The notes: generated by a model from the letters alone, not told the origin. DNA of 64,000 nucleotides from Lingula anatina (GCA_051362555.1 CM120644.1:16948534-17012533), one strand, 5' to 3'. Shown: positions 14,667 to 28,035, counted from the stretch's first letter. A program made the numbers and translations.

Positions 14667-16917
14667 TCTGTACATCATGCAGCATGCCAGGTCTCCCCTA
14701 TAGACAGTTAGAATGCATGGCCTCTACCAGTTATATGACCTTATTGTAAATTACTGTTTGAAAATACTATTTATCTTGCTATAAATGATGATTTTCGTTT
14801 ATTCATATCATAAAACACGAAAAAACGAGTCATTGCTGTTTTGTCTGAGAACCAGATTTAGATATTTGCGACAACTATTTCAATAGCTTAAAAATATTCA
14901 TATTCATTTATAGAATAAAAACATATTTCCTCCGTTTTTAGGTCTTTTAGTTCTGGAATACGGACCTGCCTTCACGGCACAAAAAAATTTCACAATGCAA
15001 TACATCGCCCATGCCAACAATGAGAAACACGTAAATGGCGAGGTGGACGCCCTCTTGCGGTACATTCGAGAACAACACGGTAAGCCGTTCCAGTTCAACT
15101 TCCCGATGAAGGCAACCACCTCTAACGTCATAACCACCGTACTGTTTGGAAGTCGCCAAGAATACGACGATCCAGTTTTTAAACGTCTCCTGCAAGTCTT
15201 CCAAAAAGCAATGTTATTGAGCGGCCAGCTAAGCATCAGGCAATTTCTACCTTTTTTAACTTTCATCCCCTCAGTTGATGAAAGAAAACGCGCATGGGGG
15301 GAGTTTTCGGACATCCTCAATGACATGTTGGTTGAGCACAGAGCCACTAACAGAGAGGGGACAACTAGGGGCCTTATTGATGCGTTCATTCACAAGGTAG
15401 ATTAAAAAAAAAAGAAAAAAGAAAAAACTTCATATATCCATTCGATTTGCATTGCGTAGGGAACTTTCCATACAACTTTTCTTGTAGTTGCACCTCTGCT
15501 ATCGTACTCCCTGTCATGAATTTGATTTCAGAAATGCGCTCTTGCTCAACAATAAAGCTGCTCGTTTATCGTTTTCTCTGGCAATCTTGCTTTATTAAAT
15601 ATGTCTCCTTTCTGAATATATCTCTTGAGACTGATGAATATTATTATTGGTTGTAGATTAATGAAAACGAGAATGGCGGCCAGAATCTTTTCACAGAAGC
15701 CGATCTTTTACCAAGCCTGCTCACGCTGTATTTCACCGGCTCGGATACCGTATCTCTGACTCTTTCCTGGGGAATGCTTTTCCTTCTCCACCACCCCGCC
15801 GTCTGCAAGAGAATACAAGACGAATTGGATCGAGAAGTAGGGAAATCCAGGCGTCCAACGCTTGCTGATAGACAAAATCTTCCATACACCAACGCCGCTT
15901 TGATGGAGGTACAACGCTTAAATTTCATTGCCCCGATTTCGGGCCCGCACAAAGCACTGAGGACGGTCAATTTTCGGGGATACACCATCCCCGAAGGAAC
16001 GACCGTCTTTGCCAACCAGTGGTCAATTATGATGGACGAGGAGAAATGGCCGAATCCTCAGCAGTTCGACCCATCGAGGTTTTTGGACGAGTTTGGGAAC
16101 GTCAAGAAAAACGTAGCCTGGATTCCGTTTTCTGTGGGTAAGATGGCGTGGTTTTTTAATGCTGATTTTAAAATATTCTTTTCTAATTTTTTAGTCATGG
16201 TTACCTATCTTTTGTAATTGATAAATTTTCATTACCAGCTTAAAAAGTCACCGCTTTTATCTTTTGTTTTTACTACACACCGTGCTAATGAACTTTTAAC
16301 TTTTAAAGGAACTAAATGATTTTAAAAAAGCCTTTATCTAACCGCAGCATCTGTTATTTATATTAAAACTTATTTTACATATTACTCTCAACTTTTCTTT
16401 TTTTTTATTTTCCCCAGTATTATTTAATTTTATTTCATCTTTTTTTAAACCACATAAGGCAAAACAATCTCCTTTTTATAATATATGTACAATGGTTGAA
16501 TAATATTGAATAAAGTTTAATACTACCTTCAACGACCAAAACAAAAATCTTTGAGAATATTTGTAGTATACTTAATTATGCCACCCTCACCCCACCCCAG
16601 GGTGCTAAAAGAAACGCATACAAAGCGTTTTTCTTTTCCCGGTAGTTCGGTTCTACAATCTTCAAGAACGGAATTTTTCGTCTACCAGAGCTCCATTTCG
16701 ATTTATCTAATCGTTTTTTTTTTTTTTTTCACCAGGAAAGCGCTCTTGTCCCGGCGAAGTGCTGGCCAGACAAGAAATATTCCTTGTGCTAACGGCCATG
16801 TTGCAGGCGTTCTCGTTTCGGTCATCAGATGGCGAAGCTTTACCAGAATGCGTCGGCAAAACAGGCTCACTTTACGTCTGTCCCGATTTTCACGTCTGCG
16901 CCGTGCCAAGATTTTAA
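14254..16917 (+). CDS. Cytochrome P450, CYP2-clan-like, tandem copy 4 (chimeric, 492 aa)
   Basis: Exons 14254-14614, 14942-15396, 15657-16137, 16736-16917. The 5' half resembles copy 3; the I-helix, intron 3 and exon 4 resemble copy 1. Confidence 0.92.
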
Positions 16918-17867
16918 TGGAACTGCCCAAACAGCCGATGGAATGCCTCGTGACTAACCTTGCAAGCAGAACCAACTTCATTTTGTTGTTATATTTGGCT
17001 TCATGAATGTCCTTATTACTAACATCAGAAGCACGTGTAGAAGCAACTTAGGTCTGTTGAAACTCCTTGAAGCAACTAAATTGGCCCACTTTATATATTT
17101 TTTTTACTTCTCACCCCAACCCCTTAACCAGTCGAGGCAGATTGTTTAAATCCATCTTCGGCTTAAAGTATGCTTTTTTTTATTTTGGTTATTAGAGATT
17201 CAGTCCTCTGATAAAATGTTCAATGTCCTCTTCATTATATGCTTGTATGCTTCTTGTTAATCTTGTTAATAAAATACCATTTTGAAAGTTGTGAGAGATG
17301 TAGATTATAAAAATGCGACGTGTTTTCTATATCCAACTAATTAGTGAATAAATTGAAAGAAGGAAAAGGAAATTGTTGACTATCAGGCTCGCACCCAGGC
17401 ATTTCAAAGTGTTCTTGCATCGATCTTGTTGACATAGGTTCTATGCAGTAGTTGCCGACATGTGGTTACTTTTTTGACAGAACCATGCTTCAACAAAGCC
17501 AAGCTTTGACCAGCCCGAAGGAGCACTACTGCATATTACACAATGCAGCAGTGCAACAGACATGTTAGCCGTCAGAAATGAGATTTTTTTCTCTTTTTTT
17601 TTAAGAAAGCATTTTTACCTAGGCATACCTTTGAAACTGAAATATTCCAAAATTTAAAAAATGTCAAGTCTCTAAGTTTACGGCTTTCAGTTGATATTTT
17701 CCGATTCTTAATGAATGGTTTAATTCGGTAAACAGCGAAGATAAACTAACATCACGCCAGACCTCTTGACCTGCTACCCTGACGAAGAAGAGGTTAGCTT
17801 ATCGCTAGATAACAGTCGAAAGAGGGATTAACTTCTTCCCAGGGTCGGATGACACTTACTCGGTGAC

Positions 17868-18251
17868 ATGGCAATGATCGAATGGATTCTACGGGAGATC
17901 TTAACATCTCCCACAGCTTTATGTATTATCTTGGGAACAGCGTTCATTTTTCACCTGTTCCTAAGAGAAGGCAAGTATGGTCAGAATTTCCCGTCTGGTC
18001 CATGGGGTTTGCCTTTTGTCGGAGTGTTGCCGTTCCTCGGTGAACATCCAGAGATCACCATGATGGAATGGGCGAAGAAGTACGGCAAGGTGTTCAGCGT
18101 CCGAATGGGTCCTGAAACCGTCATTTTGCTGCAAGGCTACGAAGCAGTCAGGGACGCTTTTTCTCGGAAATCGGCGCTTTTTTCAGGAAGGCCCCATGTT
18201 CCAACTTTTGATTTCATGAATGATAGAGGTAAAGCAAGTCTTTCACTATTT

Positions 18252-18282
<31 letters not shown>

Positions 18283-20368
18283 ATGTCTGTACATCATACA
18301 GCATGCCAGGTCTCCCCTTTAGACAGTCAGAATGCATATGTCCCTCTACCAATAATATGACCGTATTGAAAATTACTATTTGAAAATACCATTTACCTTG
18401 GTATAAATGATATAATTTCCGTTTATTCATATCATAAAATGCAAAAAAAAAAAAAAAAAACTGAGTCGTTACTCATCTAGTCTTAATACCAGATTTAGAT
18501 ATTTGCGACAACTTTATCAATAGTTTAATAATATTCATATTCATTCATAGAATAAAAACATATTTCTTCTGTTTTTAGGTCTTTTAGTTCTGGAATACGG
18601 ATCTGCCTTCACGGCACAAAAAAATTTCACCATGCAATACATCGCCCATGCCAACAATGAGAAACACGTAAATGGCGAGGTGGACGCCCTCTTGCGGTAC
18701 ATTCGAGAACAACGTGGTAAGCCGTTCCAGTTCAACTTCCCGATGAAAGCGACCACCTCTAATGTTATCGGCACCGTCCTATTTGGAAGTCGCCAAGAAT
18801 ACGACGATCCCGTCTTTAAGCGTCTCCTGCAAGTCTTCCAAAAAGCGATGTTATTGAGCGGCCAGCTAAGCATCAGGCAATTTCTACCTTTTTTATCCTT
18901 TATTCCCTCAGTTGACGAAAGAAAAGTCGCATGGAGGGAGTTTTCAGAGATCCTCAACGAAATGTTGGTCGAACACAAGACTACTTACAGGAAAGATAGA
19001 ACTAGAGGCCTTATAGATGCGTTCGTTCATAAGGTAGGTTAATATCTTTCAGTAAACATATCTGCGGATTTAATTTTTTTCACCTTTCCTGGAATGTATA
19101 CTGTACCTCTGGTATCTTGATATCTCTTGGATGTAATTCTAATTCAAATGTAATTAAAAAATACAAAGCCTTATAATTTTTTTTCGTCATAAAGTTGTTG
19201 GTGTATTTGTTTTCTATCGAGCTTTATTAATTTTTTAGCGTTTGTCATAGATAAAAACCATTACTGGTTTTAGATCACTGAGAAGGAGAATGGCGACCAG
19301 AATGTTTTCACAGAAGCCGATCTTTTACCAAGCCTGCTCACGCTGTATTTCACCGGCTCGGATACCGTATCTCTGACTCTTTCCTGGGGAATGCTCTTCC
19401 TTCTCCACCACCCCGCCGTCTGTAAGAGAATACAAGACGAATTGGATCGAGAAGTAGGGAAATCCCGGCGTCCAACGCTTGCTGATAAACAACGTCTTCC
19501 TTATACGACCGCCGCTTTGATGGAGGTGCAGCGCCTTAATTTCATTGCCCCGATTTCGGTTCCGCACAAGGCACTGAGGACGGTAAATTTTCGGGGATAC
19601 ACCATTCCCGAAGGAACTACCGTCTTAGCCAACCAGTGGTCCATTATGATGGACGAGGAGAAATGGCCGAATCCTCAGCAGTTCGACCCATCGAGATTTT
19701 TGGACGAGTTCGGGAACGTCAAGAAGAACGCAGCTTGGATCCCATTTTCTGTGGGTAAGATAGTATTAAAAATTAATTTCATTGGGAAATCCCTTTCCCC
19801 TGCAGACCTTAATGTGGTTACTTATCTTGTGTTATGCATTTCTTTGCGTTCAGGGTAACAGGAACGAACACCTTGCAATTTTCATCACTTTCCATTACCA
19901 TTTTTTTCTTTTTGGTTTGTTTCTTTCAACACTGCTTTGAACATTTTTTTTTAACTTCACAGAACAAGAAACAAAAATTTTAGTGCATCTGTACAGTGCC
20001 CCCCCCCCCCTTGTTCCACCGCAAACACCACCACGGGGGGTGGAGGGGGGGAGAGAGAGAAAAGAGAGCGTTTTTCTTTCCATGTTAAAAAGTTGCATAC
20101 ACTGCAGAGTCGCCTGAAACAATATTTTTGACATCTGTTCCAATTCACAGTTAACGATTTCTGTAATTATTTTATTTTTTCACCAGGGAAGCGCTCTTGT
20201 GCCGGCGAGGTGTTGGCCAGGCAAGAAATATTCCTTGTGCTAACGGCCCTGCTGCAGGCGTTCTCATTTCGGTCACCAGATGGCGAAGCTTTACCGGAAT
20301 GCGTTGGCAAGACAGGCTCACTTTACGTCTGTCCCGATTTTAACGTTTGCGCCGAACCAAGATTTTAA
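17868..20368 (+). CDS. Cytochrome P450, CYP2-clan-like, tandem copy 5 (492 aa)
   Basis: Exons 17868-18228, 18579-19033, 19274-19754, 20187-20368. Exons 1-3 are nearly identical to copy 1; intron 3 and the 3' flank are unique; heme motif GKRSCAGE. Confidence 0.92.
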
Positions 20369-21057
20369 AGGAATTCCTGATGAGACTATTCTAACAAGTA
20401 TTGCGAGTTAAGGAGACAAATCAGTTCGTTCGTCTTTACGTTATAAACAGAAGAACCTGGTCAAAATTACCTTTTTAGTACTTTTTTCAACCAATCATTT
20501 CAGCTGATTTTATTATCACTGTGGTCAGCAGCAACCTATCATGAGAGAGGAAAAGAATGAAAAAGAGAGACATGTACAGTGATATAACTGTATTTCAATC
20601 ACAAAGCTTTTATTGCAATGACAATTACAACTATCTGAATGTGAAATTAATAAATTAATCTAATGATCATTCAATTTACGTGCCAACAAGATGGATGGAT
20701 AAATTTAACCAACCAATAGATGTACATATACATATACATATACACATACAGCAAAACTAAGCAGTTACAGCATTCCAATTTCAATATTTTCCAAAAACTG
20801 CTCAATTTACATGGGTTGTCAGGAACATCTCTCCCCCTTCTCTCCAGTACAGGATTATTGGCTGTGACAATACCATAAAATTAAACTGGACACTAGCAGT
20901 ACAAAGTTTTTCTGAGCAAGACTGTCCTATTTTTTCATTCAGCATGTCAGTCAAGTAAATTAACCTTGTTTGGTTTGATGTATGATGACTTAAAAGAAGA
21001 ACTAGTGAGTTACTTTTGCTAGGTTTGGCATTTTGGCGGTCTGAAAAATTCAGCATG

Positions 21058-24000
21058 TCAGTCAAGTAAATTAACCTTGTTTGGTTTGATGTAGGATGAC
21101 TGTACATCAGAGATCATATCTACCCCAAGTGGTGACCTGCAATAAAAAAAATTTTTATGAAATATTTTAATAAATATAGTTCTTACATTCATATGGCAAT
21201 CTCAAGGTTAAAATCATTAACTGTCATCGTTTTTAAACTAATAAATTTTGCAACTGATTTCATTTCAATCTACCCCAATCAAATATGTTGTTCATAATTA
21301 ATATAACTTATGTGGATATACGGTACCTACTTTGGTTGAAAGCGGACCGATTCAAAGTCATTGACTACCCCTAGACCTCTGCTAAATTTTTCTACACCAT
21401 TCCTAAAATATAAAGAGAAAGATCTAAAATCTTCATTCAAAATTAAAGATAAAAGTTCAAATGAACAGTCATCAAAATGATCTTTGTGTGTATGACTCTA
21501 GCAACACAATTATTGACAATGAATTTTGTTTTTTAGACACAGTGATACAGGATTAATGTTTAATGTTTCCAAAGATCAGAATGCAATTATTGATGAATTT
21601 GTGTCTGTTTGTGTTTATGTGTGTGATAGGGGCCATTCAGAATGAGAAGAGCCGAGTGCTAGCTGGTCCACGGCCCAAATATGGCAGATCTACATGAAAA
21701 GAAGACCACTTAATCCTGTAATGGTCTCTCTGCCTCTCACATGCCTCCACGCGAGTTGTCCCTCGACTGGTCACATTGAGACAAGATTTAATTACTGTGC
21801 CCCTGCAGGGACGACGCGTGGGGAGACGTGAAAGAGGCAGAGAGACCATTACAAGATTAAGCTGTCTTCCTTTAATGTAGGTCCGCCACATTTAGGCCGT
21901 TGACCAGCTAGCACCAGGCTCTTCTCATTCTGAATGGCCCCTTAGTGAGCTAGTGAGTCAGAGGGTTGCAGAAAGAAAGAAAAAGATGAGGAAAATTGCA
22001 GAGGGAGTGTCATTTATATGTGAGAGAGAGAGAGAGAGAGAGAGAGACTAACCATGCTATCATCACTCCATTATCTGTACACAGTCTAGGAGGTGGACAC
22101 ACAACATGACAGCTGTACTGTCTGCATAGTTTAGAAAGACCCTGCCTGATAAACATGTTACTGGCTACACCTCCAGACAAGACCTGAAATATGAAAAAAA
22201 TGGGCAATTAATTTTGTTAAATAAATCATTCAACATTTTGTTTATTTTAGAGCACAGTACGACTTTAATCTAAAAAATAATAATAAAATGATAAAGTAAA
22301 ATATTGAATAAATTTAAAGATTTTGCATATATGCAGAGACTGTAACAAAAATGAACTGTTACATCTGAATAGTGAAGAATAATACTTTACCCTAAATATG
22401 AACACAGAGTGACAACTGCTATAGTGAAAACGTGCTATCCTGATAGAGGTATTTTGATAAAATAATTTGTAATTTAGTCTAACACATAGCTAGCAATTTC
22501 TATACATAAGTTTGACCCACATTCTTACAAATAAGGCACAGCTGATGTACTTGAAAATTCAACATAACACATTTTTTAACATAAAACCTTGAATGCTTTA
22601 TATCATGTTATTTCCTCAGGGTCACTCTGAATACATAACATATATAGAAGCAGAAAAATAAAACTATCCAGAAAAACGTACCAATGTTTTATTTTCCACA
22701 GGTAACAAAGATTTAATTTCGCAATACAGCAGTGCCACCTGGAGGCGTTTTGCCAGTTGTCTGAGAACACTGTATTGAAAGCTGGCACACACGTCGTTAA
22801 CGTTTGGCAGAATGCTGCCATCTTTTATATCTAAAAGAGAGAAGGGAGAACTATAATAAAATCTCTTTTCTGTGAGATGCTCCAATTTTAATACCTTCAA
22901 ATGTCACTTACTTGATGGTGGCTGAACATAATTTAGCTTGAATACGGAAAATACAAGGAAATCATTCCATGATTTTTTATACCAGCATATCATTTGACAT
23001 ATCACTTGACCATGTTTCATTTAATTTTGTCTTAATCATAATTCATAGCAAAAACAAATGTTTTCCCCCAAAAAAATATTATTTTCTCTTCTGTCTCTTC
23101 TTAATGTTAACTGTTATTATGTTAACTGGCAGCTCATGAATCAGGACAACTTTCATCCATCTTTCTCAAATAACTTCTCTTCAAATGTTCTTCAATTAAG
23201 TTACCAGGAAAAAAAAAGCATGATTCTTAATTTTTCAAATATTTTAATCTGTTAAAACATTTGTCACTGCCTTTTTTTAATCTTACCAAATTTTTCTTCT
23301 TCCATCTCTATGAGTCTCTCCACAAATGTTCTAATCCCAACAAAGGAGAAGTTGCAGTCTCGATGATGTGTCCTGATATGTGGAAATTCGAAGGCAGTGG
23401 GGTCACCTTTCTGAGCCAATAATTCAACTGCTGCACCCCCGCTGAGACCATGACATTCTGGGACCAATTTTAAGTTCAACTTCCTGGCAACCTAATTAAG
23501 TTATTAATACATAATTATATTGCATTGTCAAAGTAATCAAGTGTAGAGAGACAATGAAGTCCAGAAATAGCTTAATTAGACAGCAAAACTCACAAATGTA
23601 CAGATGTATCAACAAACCTATAGATCATTTGAGGGGAAACCACAAAATAGATTAAAATTGCATAAATCAGGGATGAGACTGCCATTAGGGGAAAAAGTAA
23701 AAAAAAAAAAAATATGGCATGGGCTCCAGGGGGGCCGCCTAGCCCAATAATATTTTTTGCTCCCAAAAAAGTCAGAAATCCGCCGATAGTAGGAAAAATG
23801 CCATCCCTGCTAAATATGCACTCATATATACCTTATCATAAACGTCTCCAGGTGCCTCATCTAGGGTTGTGCCTAGAAGTAAGAAGTCTTCCACATCTCT
23901 TACCACTGCCAACAAGCAGTGGCCACCACTCAGTAAAAATACCAGGTATGGAAAGTCCACCCTAGAATGTCAATATAGAGCAGATTCAGAACAGTGGACT

Positions 24001-27000
24001 AACAGATCCGTGGATCAAATATGGTGACCCACTAAAAGCTTGACGCTTAATTTTTTATTAGACACTGAATGGATTCCCCACAGGGATTACACAACAAGCA
24101 TTCAAGAGCAGGGGCGGGTTTAGGCCATCTTCTGGGTCTTCTGGAAGACGGTAAGATTTTCAAGTTTACATTGATGGGTATCTAATTTTTTCTGTCGGAA
24201 GACGGTCAAAAATGAAGGATGAATCAACAAAGATGATTTGGAAGACTGTCAGAAAATATCTTTGGGTCCTCCCCTGAAGAGGGTCAGCCATATTTGATTA
24301 GCGGATCTGTTAGTCCGCTGTTCTGAATGCACTCTTACATACAACATAATGCGAAGTACAATCAAGTTAAAGTTCTTTTCTTCTTTTCAACAGACAACTG
24401 ACCCATTTACTCTGTTATATTACATACTAGCCAAAGGGAAAAGTGAAATGGCCAGTCTAGAAAACTGACAGCAAGTTTTTTTTTTCTCTACATAAAAATT
24501 TTATAACTAAGTTCAAATGCCTACCTTTCAATCAGGCGTACTGTAAGTGCATGGGCTTCCATATGGTGAATTGGAATAAATGGTTTTCTGGAAAATAAAA
24601 TACACATTTGAACCAATATTTAAAAATGTGTGTGTGTGTGTGTGCGCGCGCACATACAGTTTACGTAATTTTGTTATCAATTTGGTGAAATAAAAAGCCA
24701 TTTGACTTAAACATAAAATGTGTACGGGACAGCTGACCTGGTTAGCTTTGAGCACCACCTTGTTTACATTTATTTTTTACAACAGGCAGATCATTATTAT
24801 TACTTCCACAGAATATTTTAATATTTTACTAGATGAGCAGCTGCATGAAAAAAAAAACCTACCCAGACTCTCTTACAAGTTTCTTCCCATATTCCAGCCC
24901 TATTCTCAGTGACAGCCCCATTCCTGGCTTCACAGTGGTTGCTATAGCATCAACATCCTACAATTGAAAGCATTGTATGGTAAAAAATTTAGTCGGTCTT
25001 GACAATTTTGTCAGAAGACAATTCACCACCTACATTTTTTTCCACTTCCAAAATTTCACCAAACTTGTAGAGAGATGCCTTTGGACCCTTCGTACTTATT
25101 CACATTTAAGTGTTCAAACAAAACTCCAACTTAATTTTTTTTTTCAATTTATGGAATTCAAATGTCAAAATAGATAAAAATTATTATTTGTATATATAAA
25201 ACAATTTGTAGTAACAATGATTCAATTAGCAAAACTCAAAACAGATGATTAGCTTTGAGGCCACATTGTGATTAGTACATTTTAGAGGTTACGTACCTAT
25301 ACTCCCCCGCACCGATACTCCCCTGCACCGATACTCCCCCACTTCTTTACATCCCCGCACCGATACTCCCCCGCTTCTTTACATCCCTGCACCGATACTC
25401 CCCCGCACTCATACTCCCTCGCACCGATACTCCCCCGCTTCTGTACATCCCCGCACCGATACTCCCCCGCACCGATACTCCCTCGCACCGATACTCCCCC
25501 GCTTCTGTACATCCCCGCACCGATACTCCCCCGCACTGATACTCCCGCGTACCGACACTCCGCAAAAACACTACTCCCCCAAGGCATAGATTCCCTTGAC
25601 TTTGTAAACCCCATTCGTAATTTACAACACTTTCTATAATGCTTTTTTTTTTCAAGATGCACCACCCTCTTGGGACCCAGAATTGACTAATTTTATTCGT
25701 AATATATTGGGAAAAATAAAGAACGTTACACGAAGTCGATCTCAGACTTAGTGTGCAGCTTGACATAGTACGTAGGTCTCTGTACAGCTCTTCCTTGTGA
25801 TTTTTGAGAAATGTTTTGCAAAATTAATTTCGTTCTCCTACTGTACTCAGGAGTTACTGTATATATATCTTGTACGGCCTTTCATTTATTTATTTATTTA
25901 TTTTTATTATTTTTTTATTAACTTAAAGCAAAATTAGTTTTAATCTAAGATAACGCAGCTATGTCTTTTTTTTCAGGCAACGATGAATTTGTAAAATTAT
26001 TAAGTAATAAAAAAGAAGGTTTCCTCCTACCTTCTTTTCTGCTCTTTAAGCTTCTTTCCCTTGTCTTTTGAATCTGAATTAGATTAGATTAGAATCTGAA
26101 TTGAGCAAAATTCAATTTTTTTAAAAATTGTTGCACAACGAAATTGTCGAGACACGAGCATGCGTCGTGAGCACACCTTTTATACTCGCAGTCCCGTCGT
26201 GTTTTCGACTTTGTTCGTTATACAGTAGATGTGAGGGCGTGCGCCGTACTCAACACGCAAAGGGCTCTTTCTCCTTCATTTCTTGCGGCGTGCATCTTGG
26301 ACCAGGCAAGTCTCACTTGCAAACCAATCGCAAACTCCTTAGAAAGGGAGCAAATTACGCTTGCGGCCTCGCTGTTCGCAGACTATTCGTAGAATCTATT
26401 GGAAATGTTCAATATCCTCCGTACGTGCTTACATACGTGCGAACTCGAAATTTCGCATAAAGGACTTGCGTGGTACATGAGATTCTCCGCAAAATTTGGA
26501 CTTAAACGGGTCGTAGATTTTGATCCACTTACCTAGACTGACCCTAACCTGTATAATTAAATGGAGGGTTGACTCTGTTACTCGATCCTCAGTTTCGTCA
26601 AAATTGCATAGGGGGAGTAATGATGCGGGGGAGATGTCGGCGCGGGGGAGTAACGGTGCGGGGAAACAAAAACGCGGGGGAGTATCGGTGCGGAGGAGTA
26701 ACGGTGCGCGTATAACGGCAATTTTACAGGAGGTTTATCGATGCGGGGATCTATCGGTGTGGGGTCGTATCGATGTGCATAATGCAAAAATTTACTAAGG
26801 GGGAGTATAGGTGCGGGGGAGTATCGGTGCGGGGGAGTAAAGGTGCGGGGGAGTATCGGTGCGGGGGAGTATCGGCATGACCCCCATTTTAGATATCTAT
26901 CCTATAAACTGCAGTATAAATCACACTGAAATAGAAGAAATTTACTACATGGTGACAGGTCATATTGTTAGCAAATACACCATTTTAAGTGCCGATTTTA

Positions 27001-28035
27001 ATCAAAAGGACATTATAGACATCTATACAGAAATGGAAGAAGTTACCTTTATGGTCATATTTGCCTTCTCCAGAGCCTCAGTAACAACATCTTCTATATT
27101 TATTTTGTGCATATCTTGAGCAACCGTTGGGATAATGCCACCATGCCTGTAATATTATATATCAGTTTTCAGAACGGACATCATATTTATTTGAAGTTGA
27201 TATACACAAATTGGAGAGAATATGTGATGTTTTTGAAGATATAATTTTGATGAAATGACAATCTTGATTTCTTTTTCCAGTGGGGAACTGGCTATTCATG
27301 AAACTGCATAAAATTTTTAAAACATTCTCATGCCCCTTGCCCCCCCCCCCCCCCCCCCCCCCTTATGCATGTACAGTGCATTTACACCCCTATTTTGGTA
27401 GATTCATAAGTATCAAGATCCAACTTTTCCAAGCAACATCAACATTTGCTGCTTTTCATTTTTGTTATTCCCCAGATGTGACAACTTCTGGCTTTAATAC
27501 CGATTACCAGTATCTTGTATTATGGCAAGACACATGTAACTTCACAATCACAGTGTTCGCCAGAAGTTAATTTTGTTAAAACAATGCCTGGTATAAATTC
27601 AAATGGTAACGTGTTTGTCAGTATGAATTCTCACTGGACGTGGACTTGTGTTTGGGAGTTGAGTGCCTCCCCCAAGACATTTCTGTCTTCATCGACAATA
27701 GCTGCACCCGTGTCATCGCAACTTGTTTCAATGCCCAGCACCTTAAGTGGGGATTTGTTTGGTGTGCCACTTCCGTGAAGACATCGCCGAGTTTCACGAT
27801 TTTTGTTTACAGCTGGTCGTCTTGGTGTTGTGCATATTGTATTTTTGGTATGTGCAAGAAGTTTGCAGTAGCTTTGATCAGGATATTGGAGTCGTAACGC
27901 CGAAAATTTAGTTAAATGCTGAATCAACCGGCTAGTCACTTTCCTGTACATGGGCGCAGACATGTTGGATCGATCCCATAATGCGCACATTTGAGCGCCG
28001 AAATGGTTGCGTGATAATAAACCCAAGCATTGCAT
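21058..28035 (-). CDS. OSGEPL1: Mitochondrial tRNA N6-adenosine threonylcarbamoyltransferase (Qri7/TsaD/Kae1 family), 10 exons, ~474 aa
   Basis: Exons 28035-27635, 27146-27047, 24957-24863, 24587-24525, 23961-23832, 23491-23287, 22830-22682, 22183-22053, 21402-21331, 21136-21058 splice in frame. Motifs VLGIETSCDDTGAA, GGIIP, IHHMEAHAL, LLSGGHC, SGGVASN and CTDNGVMIAW. Basic N-terminal presequence. Start is uncertain (28035 or 27963). Confidence 0.93.
21629..21941. mobile_element. Palindromic PIF/Harbinger(Tourist)-like MITE in an OSGEPL1 intron
   Basis: GGGGCCATTCAGAATGAGAAGAGCC ... GGCTCTTCTCATTCTGAATGGCCCC with ~120-bp imperfect inverted arms; flanks ATA / TTA. Confidence 0.8.
23978..24334. 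mobile_element. Harbinger-like MITE containing a nested element
   Basis: Inverted ends ATTCAGAACAG-GGACTAACAGATCCG / CGGATCTGTTAGTCC-CTGTTCTGAAT; related to 35575-35720. Confidence 0.75.
24109..24276. mobile_element. Nested CAGGGG...CCCCTG (hAT-like) MITE
   Basis: Flanked by AAGAG on both sides. A second, inverted copy lies at ~42080-42225. Confidence 0.65.
25296..26876. mobile_element. Foldback-like element with inverted minisatellite arms in OSGEPL1 intron 2
   Basis: Array of GCACCGATACTCCCCC-type units at ~25296-25580 and its reverse complement (TGCGGGGGAGTATCGG) at ~26610-26876. Confidence 0.7.

Noticed and set aside
1544-19567. Repeated minus-strand ORFs overlapping the CYP exons (e.g. 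1544-1981, 10545-10955, 14904-15389)
   Set aside because: Antisense shadows of P450 exons that recur only because the genes are duplicated.
25296-25580. CRISPR-like array
   Set aside because: Contiguous tandem units with no unique spacers, in eukaryotic DNA with no cas genes.
25297-25766. ORFs with GAGEYRCG / GGVSVRG repeats
   Set aside because: Translations of the intronic minisatellite; open in several frames with no splice context.
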